In this document: in pieces, positions 38,255-51,081 of the stretch
Position numbering within the stretch: the first letter of the stretch is position 1
Layout: the number at the start of each line of letters is the position of its first letter
DNA from: Neophaeotheca triangularis
Taxonomy: Eukaryota
Direction of reading: 5' to 3'
Assembly (NCBI GenBank): GCA_054600435.1
Contig: BAAIJX010000008.1
Location: 186,001 to 250,000 of the forward strand
Length of the DNA: 64,000 bases
Program-made: the position numbers and the translations under genes
The notes under the pieces: model-generated
The model's input: the letters and a program-made list of their open reading frames with translations, nothing else
Told to the model about the DNA's origin: nothing
The model's database searches: none

Positions 38255-40107
38255 GAGGATCGTGACGGTTGTCCTCAAGCTGGAGGAGGGTTCGTGGTGC
38301 GCTGTCTTTGGGTTCCCACGTTGCCGCATGTGCGCAAGCGGATGCAGGTGCCGGTCATACAGACTCCATATTGCAAACAAGTGAAAGATGGTTTTTGTAG
38401 CGTCGTCTGGCACGTGACCAGCATGCCTCGAATGGGCTGGTCTGCGGTTGCGTGAAGCTTCACCCTCGCCTACAGTATATGCTTCTCCGACCACATGCCG
38501 CATCTCCTGTAGCTACGTCTCGGAATCTCTAGTGTTAGACTGCAAATACAGCTCCCTTTCAGGAAGGTCACGCCCAGATCTCGGCTGGACGCGAGGTTTC
38601 GTTGTGGGGAGTTCTGTACCGGACATAGCATTACCATTTTTTCTCACATCAATGTCGCAGACAGCACTTGCAAGCATTTGTAAACACCGTCAGATACGCG
38701 GACCCAGCAACGAGCAATGAAAGGGGACCCCTAGTCCCTTCCCAACGTTCGCGGCGAGGGTATCGATACCTTGTGGCACGAGTGCGCGCAGGGTCGAGCA
38801 TTGCTTGATAGACTGTGCGGTTCCGCATACCGTGGCCTTCCCAGCCGTGAAGCGAGTTGCAGCTTCATTGCTTCGCTTCACTCCCGGGAAGCCTTGTGGG
38901 TGGCTTCTTCAAGCCAATGTCTTCAATGCGTGCCAATGGCTGCGCATGCGCGACGAGGATGGAGCCCGGTCCGTGGATTGCGTTTGTTGTGGTTTCGGTG
39001 TTGGGGGAAGGGACACGTGTGAGCGGCGAAGCTATTGAGTTCGTCGTTGGTATCGAGAAGACGACTTGATGTGTCGATTTGGACGGTTTGGCTTTCCGTT
39101 CGCCTTGTTGCGCTCCTTTTACTTCAGCTCTCCTGAGCTTTCATGGCGAGAATGACAGAAATTACTTTTTTTCGAGGTGACTTTGTAGTCCTGATGATTC
39201 ACCCAGGATTGCCAGCAGAGATGAAATCGTATCAATATCTGCCTATAGGAATCTGCTGCAGAGATGACACAATTGTGCCTTCTGGCGCGTCGTGTAGCAT
39301 CCATGCAAGGTAAATTTCGTTCCGCAAGCGTTTACATACATGTCATGCCCATCAAGCACGCCGAACCGGTACAGTGATAAGTTACCTCGCATCGCCACGA
39401 GCCGTGCGGTCCAGCACATTGCAGTGCGGCAGAGATGGCGCAACGAATGTCAGAAGTAAATCTCGAGCCCTGTACAGTAAGCAGTGAGTGTACTCTACTT
39501 GCGGCGAAGCGATCTTCCTCAGCGCCATTATTGAGTGAAATGCCGAAAGCGCATCAGCTCGCGTCCAAACTCGCGTCCCACCGCAATGGAAAGCTCGATG
39601 AGCGAGACCTCGATCGCCGGCCTCATGCATGCAGCATGCGGCATGCCCACACAAAATGGCGCAAAGGGCGAGATGATACATAAGCATAAACCCAGCCACA
39701 GCCATGGCGGCCCTCAAATCCTATAAACCTTGCAAGACGACGTGAACGCAGCCACGAAAGACGCGAACGTGCGCCCGCTTCAACGCGTTCGTTCGCACAG
39801 AGAGTAGGTGGCAGTGAGGCAGTAGTAGTGATATCAAGCTAAGTTCAAAGACGCGTTGCGACCGCGCAGCTCCGACAGTCTGACAAGGTTGACAAAAGTC
39901 TCGGCGAGGGTTGAGAGGAAGAAAAGTAGTGAAAAAAGCGTTGCTGGCTTTGTTTCCAAAGGCGAGTTCGGGAGGGCTTGGGGCGATGAGAGTTTGGCAA
40001 AGCGTAAGGTTCCAGGTTAGGTTGGTGCATGCGGCTTTGGTGAATTCTTAGCTGCGGTCTGTCCCGGGTGTGGCTGGAGTTGGGAAGTGTAATGGAGACA
40101 GATGGTA

Positions 40108-40140
40108 GTAATAATGATAATGATAATAATAACAATAATG

Positions 40141-40190
<50 letters not shown>

Positions 40191-40220
40191 TACAATAACG
40201 ATATTAATAACGATATTAAT
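40108..40220. repeat. (AAT)n microsatellite
   Basis: Long, partly degenerate AAT run. Confidence 0.95.
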
Positions 40221-40311
40221 CTCAAGACGGTGTCTTGGCTCGGATACTTGAATGCAGCCAGTGCCCAGGTGAAGGGGAGGGAATCCCCTCGGGTACGGAC
40301 GTACTAGGTAA

Positions 40312-40315
<4 letters not shown>

Positions 40316-40347
<32 letters not shown>
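40316..40347. repeat. (TAG)n microsatellite
   Basis: About 10 TAG units. Confidence 0.9.
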
Positions 40348-40842
40348 TGATGGCTGATGAGAGCTGGCCGATTGGTTGAGCAGGCGACAGACAGGCCTGT
40401 CTCGGCGAAGCTGAACAAGCACAGGAACACTGGCCGGGAGTCAAAGGGACGGGAGAAACTTGTTAGAAAGGCTAATTAATGATGATAGTATTGACAATAA
40501 CGATAATAATAACAGTAATTTACCAGTCTACCGAGTTATCATCTCGCGTGGAAGTAGGTAGAGAAAGAAATCACCCAACCATCGCCGAGGCGAAGAGAGA
40601 ATTACCAGGTACTATACTCCATCATTATTATTGCCCAAGGAGTAACGTCTTCTCTACTCTCTAATCTCTGTTTCTCTAGTGTTTGCTTGCTTGCTTGCTT
40701 GCTGCCTACTACTACTAGGACCTAGGTTGCTTGTCTTGCCCGTCTTGGACGACCCTTACCCTTATCATCACCTTACTCGGGTACTACCTCTTCCAGCACC
40801 TGCCTCAACCTAACGTCTCACACTACCACCTACGACTCACGA

Positions 40843-40894
40843 CCTACCTACCTACCTACCTACCTACCTACCTACCTGCCTACCTACCTACCTA
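40843..40894. repeat. (CCTA)n microsatellite
   Basis: About 12 CCTA units, one variant. Confidence 0.9.
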
Positions 40895-41259
40895 AGGTCC
40901 CTACCTACAGTACCTACCATCCTTTGCTCCTGCTCTCGCCTACCGACTCTGCTTTGCTTTGCACCTGCACCCGATGCTACAGTCACCGCCGCAGCAGCAA
41001 CGACACGGCGTTGCGCGACCCGTCTCCCTGTCGAACATCTCCCGCCGCCCCCTCCCACACCGCCTTCATCACCACCACTCTCCGCGGGCCTGCACACGAG
41101 CGCGACTCTGAGGCCTTCGTCTTACACCCGCCTCCATCTGTGCAACCACCGACATTGCCCCTTTTGGTTCCGCCGTAGGGTCTGTTCATCACATGAAACA
41201 TACCTCCAGCGCATACCCACACACCCTTAGCATCTGGCATTCTTCGCCAACAAGACATA

Positions 41260-44052
41260 ATGGGCAAACGGAAGTTTTCCTTCGACATCCCCCGTCTAAA
41301 GATCAATGGCACCAGGGCCGACTTCCGGGCGATAAAAGAGCATCTGGGCGGAACTGACAAGTCGGCCTTGGACGATTCGCCGCCACCGACACCAAAGAGC
41401 GTGCGCCCGCCGCTCTCACCTCAGCAGGATGCAGAACTTAGGGCGGCGTGTACGATGGTCCTTCAGGGTGGAGAGGCTGCGCCAGGGAACAAGGGCAATC
41501 AACGTGATCCTGCCATTGCTACTTTGGGAGCCAAACCGCAGTTGGACTACGCAGCCATCAGAAACGCACCGCCCCAAGCACAACCCTCACGTACCCTGTC
41601 CCGAAAGCAGCCGAACCCTCGCCGGCACGATGCGTCTGGTGCGGAAAGGCGGGCTGAGAGCCCACCACAGTTGAGTCCCGAGGCATATAGGTACAAACCT
41701 GGGCTGAATTCGGAGGAATTGATGAAACAACTCGAGCGTGACGAGCAAGAGAAATCTCGTCTGGCTGCAGACTCTCGGGCGGAGCAGTTGATGGGAGGTA
41801 AAGCCCCAAAACCATCTCCCTCGGAAGAGGCGGCCAGGGATAGGTCAGAGGCGCACAAACGGTCGCAGTCGACCCCACAAACACTGTCCATGGGGAAACC
41901 GGATGCACTGTCTCACCGTCCGAAGAACACGATCCGAACAGAGTCGACTGAGAGTACTAGCACCCATTCCCATGCAGACACCACCGACGGTCCCCATTCT
42001 ACATCTACAGCTCTCACCTCCGCATACGTTACTCCAGCAAAGGGCTCACAGCGCGCATCTTCACAAGGACTGGACTTTAAAAGCAGCAATTTGCAAAAGG
42101 TGGACAACGCCGGCGGCGACTCGATGACGGAAGGATCGGAGAAGCACAAGCATGAAGGCGAGGAGAACAAGTATGGAGATAAACCCGAGTCCGAGGATAC
42201 CATCACATCCAGCGACATTCCGATCGCAGTCACCAAAGTGCCCGTTCGGAAGCCAGTCGCACCCGCACCCTCGAGGGCACCCAGCGCAGCGACTCGACCC
42301 AGCAACAGATTGGGGACATCGGGGCCTGCTCGATCAGCAAGCGTACAGAGCAGCGAGTCCGAGGTCAAGAGGAATGACAGCAAGCATTTCATCTACAGTG
42401 ACCTGCTGCGTTCTCGCAGTACGAAGGCGCCGACTTCGCCTCGATCTGACGGCAGGCAGTCCCGGGACAACCCGCAGAAGCGAGATTGGCGCGATATGCA
42501 TTCGTTGAGTAACCAAGAAGGAGGCTCGAAAGGAATGCGCCGTGCACGTAGTTTCACAAAGAAGGTTCAGGAATACGTACGACCAGCATCAGATCAGGGT
42601 GAGCAAAGGTCCGAGTCACGGACACGAAGCAGATCTAGGAGCGTGGCCAGGCATGTGCAGGAGTACTTCCGGCCGGGGTCTGCTACCGGGTCTCGAGCGG
42701 GGAGCATTGACGGTGCTCGGCCTTCGATGCAGAAGACCAAATCTCAGAATTCAGAAACAAATGGATCGTCGGGAGTCGAGGCGCTGCCGCGAACGGCTTC
42801 ACAGAAGTGGCGGGAGTGGCAACCACCGAGCGGCGATACTAATCAAAACGTGAGTAGTCAGCAGGTGGTTACTGAGCCACGCGAGACCAAGTCAAAAGAT
42901 CAAAGCAAACGCCGGCAAGAAAAGCCTCAAGGGAAGCGAAAGCCACATCAAAAATCCACGAAGCCACCAGTCGACCTCAACCGCGAGTTGCCTCCCTTGC
43001 CTGCTCTCGACAAGTGGGAGGACGACGGAAAGTCCGTTACAATCCACCCACCCGCAGTGAAGGTAGACAGCCCCGGCAGCACACCGAAGAGGTCGTCTCG
43101 ACAATCTCGACCCAAGATGCCACGGAAGCACGTCTCGGCGAAAGAAGTAGAGGACATTTTGATGGCGCGTATGGGCACACCGACTCAGCAAAGATCTAAC
43201 AACTCTTCTGTCGATGAGTCTAAAGAGTTCCATTCTCCTATCGTTGGTGCGAAGGGAGCCGTTTGCAGCGCGAACAACCCGTGGCAGGATATGCCTCCCC
43301 AGCCCTCCGCGCCGCCGCCTCCGCCTCCCATCGGAAATACTACTCGACCAGGCAATCAAGACGATCAAACGCTCTCACAAAGACCGAGCTATCAGTCCGC
43401 ATCCGTTGCCGATCAAATACACAGACATTCACGCCAACGAAGTAAAAGCCTGCATAACCCCATGGACCAGGCATTAGGGGAGCGACGATCCGTCGCCTCC
43501 CCTACCCCTGTCTCACCAATCACTCCCGACTTCAACGTTCACAAGTTTCAACCCAGCGCTACAGGCAGTGCGCAAATCGTCAACATGTCGCGGTTCAGCA
43601 CCAAAGGACCCACGCTACCCGCAAACCCCTCGCCCCATCACCATGGCCGCAAACCGAGCGCCAGCGTCAGTAGTATCAACCACCCTTACACTACCCCTCC
43701 CACCGGCCATTCCCGCAATCCGAGCCAGCAAACCGCCAACTCGACCACACTTCCCCCGCCTCGCAGCCCTCGTGACAATTCCAAACGCCACAGTCCCGAA
43801 CCCCTTTCTACAAATAGCGCCAACCAGAACAAAGAAAACAAACCCACCGCTCTCAACGTCAAAAAGTGGTTCCCACAAGTCCATCGCAACCGCCACAAAG
43901 ACCCCTCTCCCAAGTCCGAGTCCTGGATGGACCACGTCGTCAAAAGCGGAGCCAACAGCGGCGCCATTGTGCTCCCCGAAAACGAGGGCGAAACGAGCAA
44001 CAATACCGGTGCCATGAGCTCCAATCCCGCCAGCCCGAGCGTGAGGTATTAG
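41260..44052 (+). CDS. Hypothetical Ser/Pro/Arg-rich disordered protein
   Basis: 930-aa ORF containing a PVDLNRELPPLP motif; a further 3' exon is possible. Confidence 0.8.
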   Translation: MGKRKFSFDIPRLKINGTRADFRAIKEHLGGTDKSALDDSPPPTPKSVRPPLSPQQDAELRAACTMVLQGGEAAPGNKGNQRDPAIATLGAKPQLDYAAIRNAPPQAQPSRTLSRKQPNPRRHDASGAERRAESPPQLSPEAYRYKPGLNSEELMKQLERDEQEKSRLAADSRAEQLMGGKAPKPSPSEEAARDRSEAHKRSQSTPQTLSMGKPDALSHRPKNTIRTESTESTSTHSHADTTDGPHSTSTALTSAYVTPAKGSQRASSQGLDFKSSNLQKVDNAGGDSMTEGSEKHKHEGEENKYGDKPESEDTITSSDIPIAVTKVPVRKPVAPAPSRAPSAATRPSNRLGTSGPARSASVQSSESEVKRNDSKHFIYSDLLRSRSTKAPTSPRSDGRQSRDNPQKRDWRDMHSLSNQEGGSKGMRRARSFTKKVQEYVRPASDQGEQRSESRTRSRSRSVARHVQEYFRPGSATGSRAGSIDGARPSMQKTKSQNSETNGSSGVEALPRTASQKWREWQPPSGDTNQNVSSQQVVTEPRETKSKDQSKRRQEKPQGKRKPHQKSTKPPVDLNRELPPLPALDKWEDDGKSVTIHPPAVKVDSPGSTPKRSSRQSRPKMPRKHVSAKEVEDILMARMGTPTQQRSNNSSVDESKEFHSPIVGAKGAVCSANNPWQDMPPQPSAPPPPPPIGNTTRPGNQDDQTLSQRPSYQSASVADQIHRHSRQRSKSLHNPMDQALGERRSVASPTPVSPITPDFNVHKFQPSATGSAQIVNMSRFSTKGPTLPANPSPHHHGRKPSASVSSINHPYTTPPTGHSRNPSQQTANSTTLPPPRSPRDNSKRHSPEPLSTNSANQNKENKPTALNVKKWFPQVHRNRHKDPSPKSESWMDHVVKSGANSGAIVLPENEGETSNNTGAMSSNPASPSVRY

Positions 44053-45207
44053 TACACTTTACATTGGGCCAAAGGTACGCCGGTCACAAGCATGTACCAT
44101 GGGGTTTTGGAGAGCGTGGATCTGAGCCCGCAAAGCCCGGTTAGCGCCACTAGCGCGACGACGTCGATGAGTTCGGCACGGCAGGCGCCGGGGGTTTCTG
44201 GCCTGAGGAGTAGAGAGAGCGAGGGGAATTCTGAGGTGCAGACGCCGACGAGGATGGGCGTTGGGATGGAGAGATTGAGGGGAAGGAGTAGTCGGTGGGC
44301 TTTGAGGGGGGGTTAGAGAGGAATGGCAGTGCAGGTAGCGTGGGATTGCCGTATTGGTTCATTTGGGATTTTTTGCAGCAGGGTGTTTTTCCAGGCGCGC
44401 TAGGGCGTTTTGACGGTCTGGGGCCAAGCACGACGAGACGAAAAAGCTTTTCGCTGCACCAACGGGACGATTCCAGGCGCCGGTAACATTTGGCGTTCTT
44501 TCTTTCACTCACGTCTTTTATCTCGGAGACTGGATGAGCTTGGGTACGGGCGTGCAAGGTCTGGGGTTTTTGGAAAATCAAAATATGAACTCGCGAGAAC
44601 ATCGATCTCTCGACGGAGTAGGCGGTTGGGCGTTTTCATTTGCCTCTTTTCTAAAAAAGGGGCCGGAATATCTCTACTATCCTCATCGCCTTCTGCTTGA
44701 TTAGCAAGATACACCGACTCCTGTCGTCTTTTTCTGTTACTTTGCTCGCTTCCTCGGTCGCTTTACTACTTCCTTGGCGGGGTTCTGGCGGTGCTTTATT
44801 ACCACTCTGTCTGGTTTCGTTTTCTGCTGATACCACTGCACTCTTGAATAGATGATAGAATAGATAGAATAGAATCAAGCTGGAATGAGATATCTTATGC
44901 CTAGCGTGCTGAAGCTGGGGCTTGGCGTTGGGCTGCTTGTTTTGACTTCACTTCACTTCACTCCATATCTAACTCATCTCGACTTGACTATATTTTATAA
45001 TGTTTCCTGAACTTCACTCCTTCTCTATGGCTTCACTTTGCGCTACTACTTCTCGATTTGGGGCTTCACTTGTTTCCCTTCGTTCCCGTACTTGCCCTTT
45101 ATTCCCTCTTCCCTCCCTTCACTCCCTACCCTTCACTGCCCTCACATCCCCCAAAAATAGCCCAGAATGCACTCTCCCAGCCTCCTAAAACCCACAGTAC
45201 CATCACA

Positions 45208-45264
45208 ATAGCCCAACAACAGCCCTCGAACAATAGCCCTCGAACAATAGCCCCCCGAACAATA
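45208..45264. repeat. ~14-bp minisatellite (AATAGCCCTCGAAC)
   Basis: About 4 degenerate tandem copies. Confidence 0.7.
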
Positions 45265-46328
45265 GAAAAGTCCAACAATAGACCACCAAAATCTACAAGT
45301 ACCAGTCCCCTCTTCCGTCTCAACCTCTTCCTTCTTTCTCTTCCCGCTCCAGATCCAAAACTTTCCACCACTGCGCCGTCGCCGCCTTTCTTCTCGTCTT
45401 TCCCGCTTCCCACCAACCCATTCCGTCGAATCGAGATCCCTGCTGGCCAGTTTTCTCCCCCTCTCTCGGCCGCCAAGTCTTCGCTCCGTTCTCGAGTCCG
45501 AGTCTTTCTTTGCTTGCTTGCTTGCGAGGTGAGTTTCCTTTATTTTGTTTTATTTCCCCTTTGCAGTCTTGCGGCGTGCGTATCCGTGGATTCGGGGTAC
45601 TGGGTTCTGGGACTGGAGGGAGCTGCTGGACGATCGGCTGCCGGGTTTGCCCTGCCTGATAACGTTCACGGCGCTCAAGGGTCGTTGTCTGGTGCTTCGG
45701 CTGGTTGTCGCGTTTCCCAGGATAGTTGCGACGACGATTCGGCTGTTTCTCTTGCCCCGCCTGGATCTTGGAGTTTTCGTCTTTGCTGCGTTGAGACGCG
45801 TTCGGCGTCTTTCAACGAGGTTTTGACAATCACTGGACTTTTGCGTCTTTCAACAGCGAGGCTTCGTCGATCACTGGATTTGCTGGAACCGTTTGTTGAA
45901 TCGCGTCTTCTGGACCCAGGTGGATAACGACATGCTTCAAGGACCACAGCAGCCTTGCCGCCATGCCCTCTTCCCACGGATGCGCCTGCTGCCAATGTGT
46001 TGGTTGCGACCGGCAAGATCAACAGGCTAACTTCCTTCGATTTGAACAGATCCATTGCCCCTTACTTCTTCGAGCCCTTTACGCCTTCGACAACATTCAC
46101 ATAATCAACATCAACACCAACACCAACATCAACAGAACCTACTCGGTAAGCACTCCCCTCGCCTCCTTCCTGCCCAATCTGCTGCAACCACGCAGCCTCA
46201 TCACCACACCGTACACCTTACACGAGCGCTTGCGCCTATCACCACATCACCAAGCAAACCCCTTTCCTTCTTTATTTATTGCCACGCCAACTTGCATATC
46301 AGTATTGCTAACTTCCTCGCCAGCCAGA

Positions 46329-47954
46329 ATGTGCAAAGGCATCATCCTCGTCTTCTCCTGCGCCGACTATGGCTGTCCTACAGGGCAGCAGAAGCGCATC
46401 ATCGACCTCTGCAACGGAGCCATCACCCTCAAACCGGCTGCGGACGCCTTCAAAGGCGTCGCCTGCAGAAAGCCGTTCACATCGAGCACGCTAAAGGTCA
46501 ACTACGAGACCCCCTGCCCCGACTGCTGCCGTGACGAAATCGACGAACTGGAGCCAGAGGACCTTCCCGGCTTCCCAGTCGAGGTTGACGACGACGACAA
46601 CGACCACGAGACCGGCAGCGCTTCAGGCCAGTCCACCACGAGCACTACCTCATTCCACGACGAGAAGCTCCGCCGCATGAAGGCCCTGCCGAACCCAAGG
46701 AGCCCTACCATGAGGAAGCGTCGCGCTCGCCAGCCCTCGCCACGCGACTGGCAGAACATTGGCGGCCAGTACATCAAGCGCAACCGTCGCAAGCACAGCC
46801 TCCTCAAGCACAGCGTCAAGGCCAGCGACATCCCCGACCCCCCTAAATCTCTCTCTGATATGAGTGACGATGAGGCCGCCGCGACTGGTTGGGGTTTGAG
46901 CGCTGCTGCTTCGACCGCCTCGCCGTACTACCACTCGGACCGGACGCCAAGAGCCCCCGAGGGTGAGGCGCCGAGCGAGGAGTACGAGTGGGACGGTTTC
47001 GAGTGGGTGCACTGCTACAAGCCCTTATCCCCTGGCTACCATCCACTGGCCTTGCCTGGCACCACCGCTCGCGCTTCCAGGGATGGAACGCCCTCCTCCT
47101 CTTCCTCCTCCTCCTCCTCCTCCTCCTCTTCCTCGAGCAGCGCCTTCGTGCCTGCGGGTCCTGGCTTCGCTTCCCTCGCCACCAGTAGCAGTTACGACTC
47201 CTACACCGCCCCCGCTGCCGAGACCGGGGAGACCGAGCTCTCCGGCGACGTATGGGGTGAAGACCTGGAGGAAGCGGCCGAAGAAGAGCCCGCAGCCGAA
47301 GACGTCGAAGACCCCGACGTCTTCGAAGATAATTTTGGGGCGCGCTGGGATAACGCATATGACCCAGCGCTGGCCGACGAGGCAGCCATCGACCCAGAAC
47401 TCCTCGCCCTCGACTCGGCGCCCTCGGCCGAGCGAGCCACCACCCCGCCGCCCACCTCCACCACTCCTACTCCCGCCCCCGAGGACTTCGCCGCCGCCGA
47501 CCTCCTCAGCGCCAGCATCGAGGAAGCCCTCACCCAAGACCTCGACGACGAGGCCGAGGATTCGGACCCCTCGCTCCTGCCCGACGCTGAGTCGGACGAA
47601 GACTACTCGGACTCGGACGCCGAGGACGTGGAGATGGACGACGCGGAGCTGGCCGACGGCGTCGGCGTGACGACCCGGCGCCAGCCGGCGGGCTTCAACG
47701 CCCGCAACCCCATCCGCGACACCGTCGCCAAGCGCGGTGGCGAGAGCGGGCGGCAGGCGCAAGTGGCGGTGTTTCCTGGCTCCGGCGGGTTTCCCGCCAA
47801 CGCTGTCGTGGTTGGGGGGGCTGGGGAGGGGTTCGTCGTCATCACGAGCCCGACGGAGGAGACGTTTGGGGAGAGGTTGAGGAAGAGGGGAGGGGCCGGG
47901 GAGGTCGTGGCGGAGGAGGAGTACTGCATGATGGTCTGGAGCAGCGGGGCCTAG
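46329..47954 (+). CDS. Hypothetical protein with Cys-rich N-terminus and acidic low-complexity C-terminus
   Basis: ATG at 46329 (MCKGIILVFSCADYGC...C...PCPDCC); strong C-ending codon bias. Confidence 0.75.
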   Translation: MCKGIILVFSCADYGCPTGQQKRIIDLCNGAITLKPAADAFKGVACRKPFTSSTLKVNYETPCPDCCRDEIDELEPEDLPGFPVEVDDDDNDHETGSASGQSTTSTTSFHDEKLRRMKALPNPRSPTMRKRRARQPSPRDWQNIGGQYIKRNRRKHSLLKHSVKASDIPDPPKSLSDMSDDEAAATGWGLSAAASTASPYYHSDRTPRAPEGEAPSEEYEWDGFEWVHCYKPLSPGYHPLALPGTTARASRDGTPSSSSSSSSSSSSSSSSAFVPAGPGFASLATSSSYDSYTAPAAETGETELSGDVWGEDLEEAAEEEPAAEDVEDPDVFEDNFGARWDNAYDPALADEAAIDPELLALDSAPSAERATTPPPTSTTPTPAPEDFAAADLLSASIEEALTQDLDDEAEDSDPSLLPDAESDEDYSDSDAEDVEMDDAELADGVGVTTRRQPAGFNARNPIRDTVAKRGGESGRQAQVAVFPGSGGFPANAVVVGGAGEGFVVITSPTEETFGERLRKRGGAGEVVAEEEYCMMVWSSGA

Positions 47955-49753
47955 GGGGGCTGGCTGTGGAAGAAGAGTGTGCTGGTGCTGGTGTTGTGGG
48001 GTTTTGGGTGCGTGCTGGTGGTGTTCGCGGCGGTTTCGGAGTGCGTTTTGCTGTGGGTTTTGTTTGGTGGGTGTTTGGAACCTAGATAGCATTATTGCCA
48101 CGACTGTCACGACATTATGAGAAGTCCTCTCCTACTATTGACTTGCCGCCGTGTACATCTTGTGATTTTGCCATCAGCAGTTCATGTGATAATGTTGTTT
48201 TTGCAGAATGCTCTTGGAGCCATACCCCTGGCAAAATTCTTACGAGAAATGTGTTGCGCCACCCTCGTATGAAGCAGGCGGAGACCCCTCACAGTGCCGT
48301 AGCCACAACCTATATGCCTTTGAACTAGCAATCATCAGGCGCCAGGGCCAGCGACTTCCATCATCAAAGGGGGTGTCAAACACATTCCCATACTGCGAAA
48401 GGCCAAGAATAGAGACTCCAAAACGTCTGGCGGCGAGGCGTAGGTCCGGACGGTCGGCCAGAAGGTAGATCCAGCGCAACGCAAAGGCTCGTTTAGATAG
48501 CCATACGATCCTCGGAAGAGCTCCAAAGTTGAGTTTCGTTGAAGGCCGGGGTGAAATCATCAGCATCCAGAAAGCATGTTCCAGCTTTTGCAAGTTGTAT
48601 TCGAGACCGTGAATCCAGATCTTGCAATGCTCCGAGTGAGTCTTAGCTGCAGAGCGGCTTCCGGAACGCATGCTCGAAAGGATGGAAGATGCGGTGGCAA
48701 GACCGTAGTACTAACCTTTGTGCTTTGGATATATTGCAGATTGGATGCCGGGAGCAACGAGATTGGACAGTGTAGTCACTTTTCTGTTCGGAGAGGAAAT
48801 GTCAAACAGCTGAGAGTTGTGTGGTTGAATCACGTTCGGCGAGCTTGGACTGCTAAAACGATGGCCACGCTATTCCTTTGAGCTGAGGGGGTCTTGCTGC
48901 GAAGCCACAGTGCCAGCCACGAAGCTAAACTATCTATCTACTGTTGGAATGCCAGAGACAGAAGAAGTTACGTAGAAAAAGTCCTCTTAAGTGCTCTGAG
49001 CCGTCTGTGTTGCTCCAAAATCGGGTCTGGCACGCTCTCGGCGAGCCAGGCCGTGGAACTAAGCAGCCATGCTTTGCCCTCTAGCTAGTCAAGGGTCTCT
49101 TGGTAATTATCCTTACCAGTTGAAGAGGCCTGACATTCGCGGCACACATTGGCCTAGGAGAGCGCCAGAGGGGTGAAATACGACCAGATTGACCTGACAT
49201 AGTACGACATGGCAGTTTCCAAAGTCCTTCCAGGCATGAGCGGCGCCTTACAGGAGGTTTTCTGATGATGTACCCAACCAACCGAGGGCGCGATGCAGCA
49301 CGCAGTTGAAGCCTGGCTGCGTTGCCGCGGTCAAGATTGTCCCGTGTATTTGCTCAGGACCGGTTTTCTATGCTGATTATTCATTGTGCTGTCAAAGGCA
49401 GCGTAAAGGCGATCGTGTTCGAGTAGGCATGTCTGCAGGATCTATCTAACCGCTTCCTTTTGAACATTGAAGGTGCCGCTAGCGAAAAAGACTGCAGGTT
49501 CCATTCTAGGCACGTGTAAATGATCAATATGCTGTAGTGTAACAAAGCAACTGAAGATAAGGATTAGTGCCGTGGTAGAAGAAGAAGAGAAGAGGTTGTA
49601 ATCCAAAGAAAAGCTCGACGTTGTTTTAGTCCGGGCGGAAAGTCTTGGCTTTCCCGCGGCGAAATCTACTTTGGGATGCAGCTGGACTTCATCCCATCAT
49701 TCTCGGTGAAGCAGTCGGAGGCATCTTTTAGTTGCGATGCACATCGACCCAAT

Positions 49754-51025
49754 ATGAACGCCGGCAAGAAAAGTGCAGCTCGCGTAGCTGCCAGCACTAG
49801 TGAGTAGATGTACAAATCACCTATATTGAAGCGGACGAAGTACTAATATGTGCTGCAGCGAATGCGTCCAAGGAGACCGTATGTTCATCATGCCTCCATC
49901 GCCTCTCCTATCAATCCCGCCGTAATGCAGCGACCGCCGCAGCCGCCCCGGAACAAGCCCAATCACAGAACCAGGCCAATGTGGTACCGCCGGTGACTTC
50001 TACTGGTCCACGAAAAGCCTACCGCCTGATGTCCGCCCCCGTTGTGTCGCGCGCGCCCATGATCACGCGCGATCTCACCGACTTCGAAAAAGCATACTAC
50101 ATGTATCAGAAGCGCCTGAACGAGCGCTTGGCCATGCCCTTCACGCGATACTTCTACTACAAGAAAGGAACCCCGGCAGACATAGAGTGGAAGAGGAAAG
50201 CCAGGACTCGGATAACTCCCGCAAGAGACATTGGGGTGTACGATGCATACGGTGAGGAGGGCTGGAACGATGAATTGCTGGTTGGTGATCGGCAGTCAGA
50301 GCCCGAGGTGCAGGTGGAGTCTCTGATACGAGATGCTGAGGGCCGAGACGTGATATCTGGTCGCAAGGTCGGTGACGCAGAAGCAGATGGGGAGGCCATT
50401 TCGGGAGACATGCGGGAAGGTGAAGGGACGAAGAAGGATGTCGCTCAGGCGGTGGAAAGACCAGCGCCGAGGGAGACGGAAGCCGACCGCACGGGGGATG
50501 TCAAAAGCTTGAACAGAAAGATGGACAGGAGCCTGTATCTGCTGGTCAAGAACGCCTCGGGTGTGTGGAGGTTCCCAGAGGATCGAGTTCACGGGCTTGA
50601 AACAATGTCACAGGTAAAACCCTCGCTTCTTGCGTTTCTGGTTGCATTGCTCGTTACGAATCGTTACTGACATCCTTGCTCCACAGGCATCTGAGCGCAT
50701 TCTGGTGCAATCCTTCGGTATTAACATGAACACTTGGCTTGTTGGCAACCACCCGGTCGCCCATTATCACGCAAACTTTCCGAAGCCTGCTGTTGCCACC
50801 ATTACGCCTAACGCTAAGGTGACCAAAAACATTCGACCGTTTGAGCGCGAGGAGGTTGGCGAGAAGGCTTTCTTCATGAAAGCAAGAATCATGGCTGGCC
50901 AAGCCAATCTTGCCGGAAATGACTTCGGTCATCAGGATTTTGCGTGGTTGTTGAAGGAAGAGGTGAAGGAGCGCGTCATGCCCGCGTACTGGGCTGCTGT
51001 AAGGAATATGTTAGGCGAGCGATAA
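49754..51025 (+). CDS. MRPL17: Mitochondrial ribosomal protein mL46; introns ~49800-49858 and 50614-50686
   Basis: TRDLTDFEKAYYMYQKRLNERL, DVKSLNRKMDRSLYLLVK, MNTWLVGNHP and FFMKARIMAGQ motifs. Confidence 0.92.
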
Positions 51026-51081
51026 GGACAAGGTGTGTAGTTTCTTTGCTGGCTTACCGTCGCTCTTTGTATCATACTCTC

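Noticed and set aside
40017..40430. Poly-Ile/Asn/Thr ORFs
   Set aside because: Translations of microsatellites
45058..45927. 289-aa ORF
   Set aside because: Non-ATG start, low complexity, and spans a minisatellite and a likely intron
47025..48110. 361-aa antisense ORF and similar shadow ORFs (e.g. 7069-7791)
   Set aside because: They overlap GC-rich real CDSs and are explained by codon bias.
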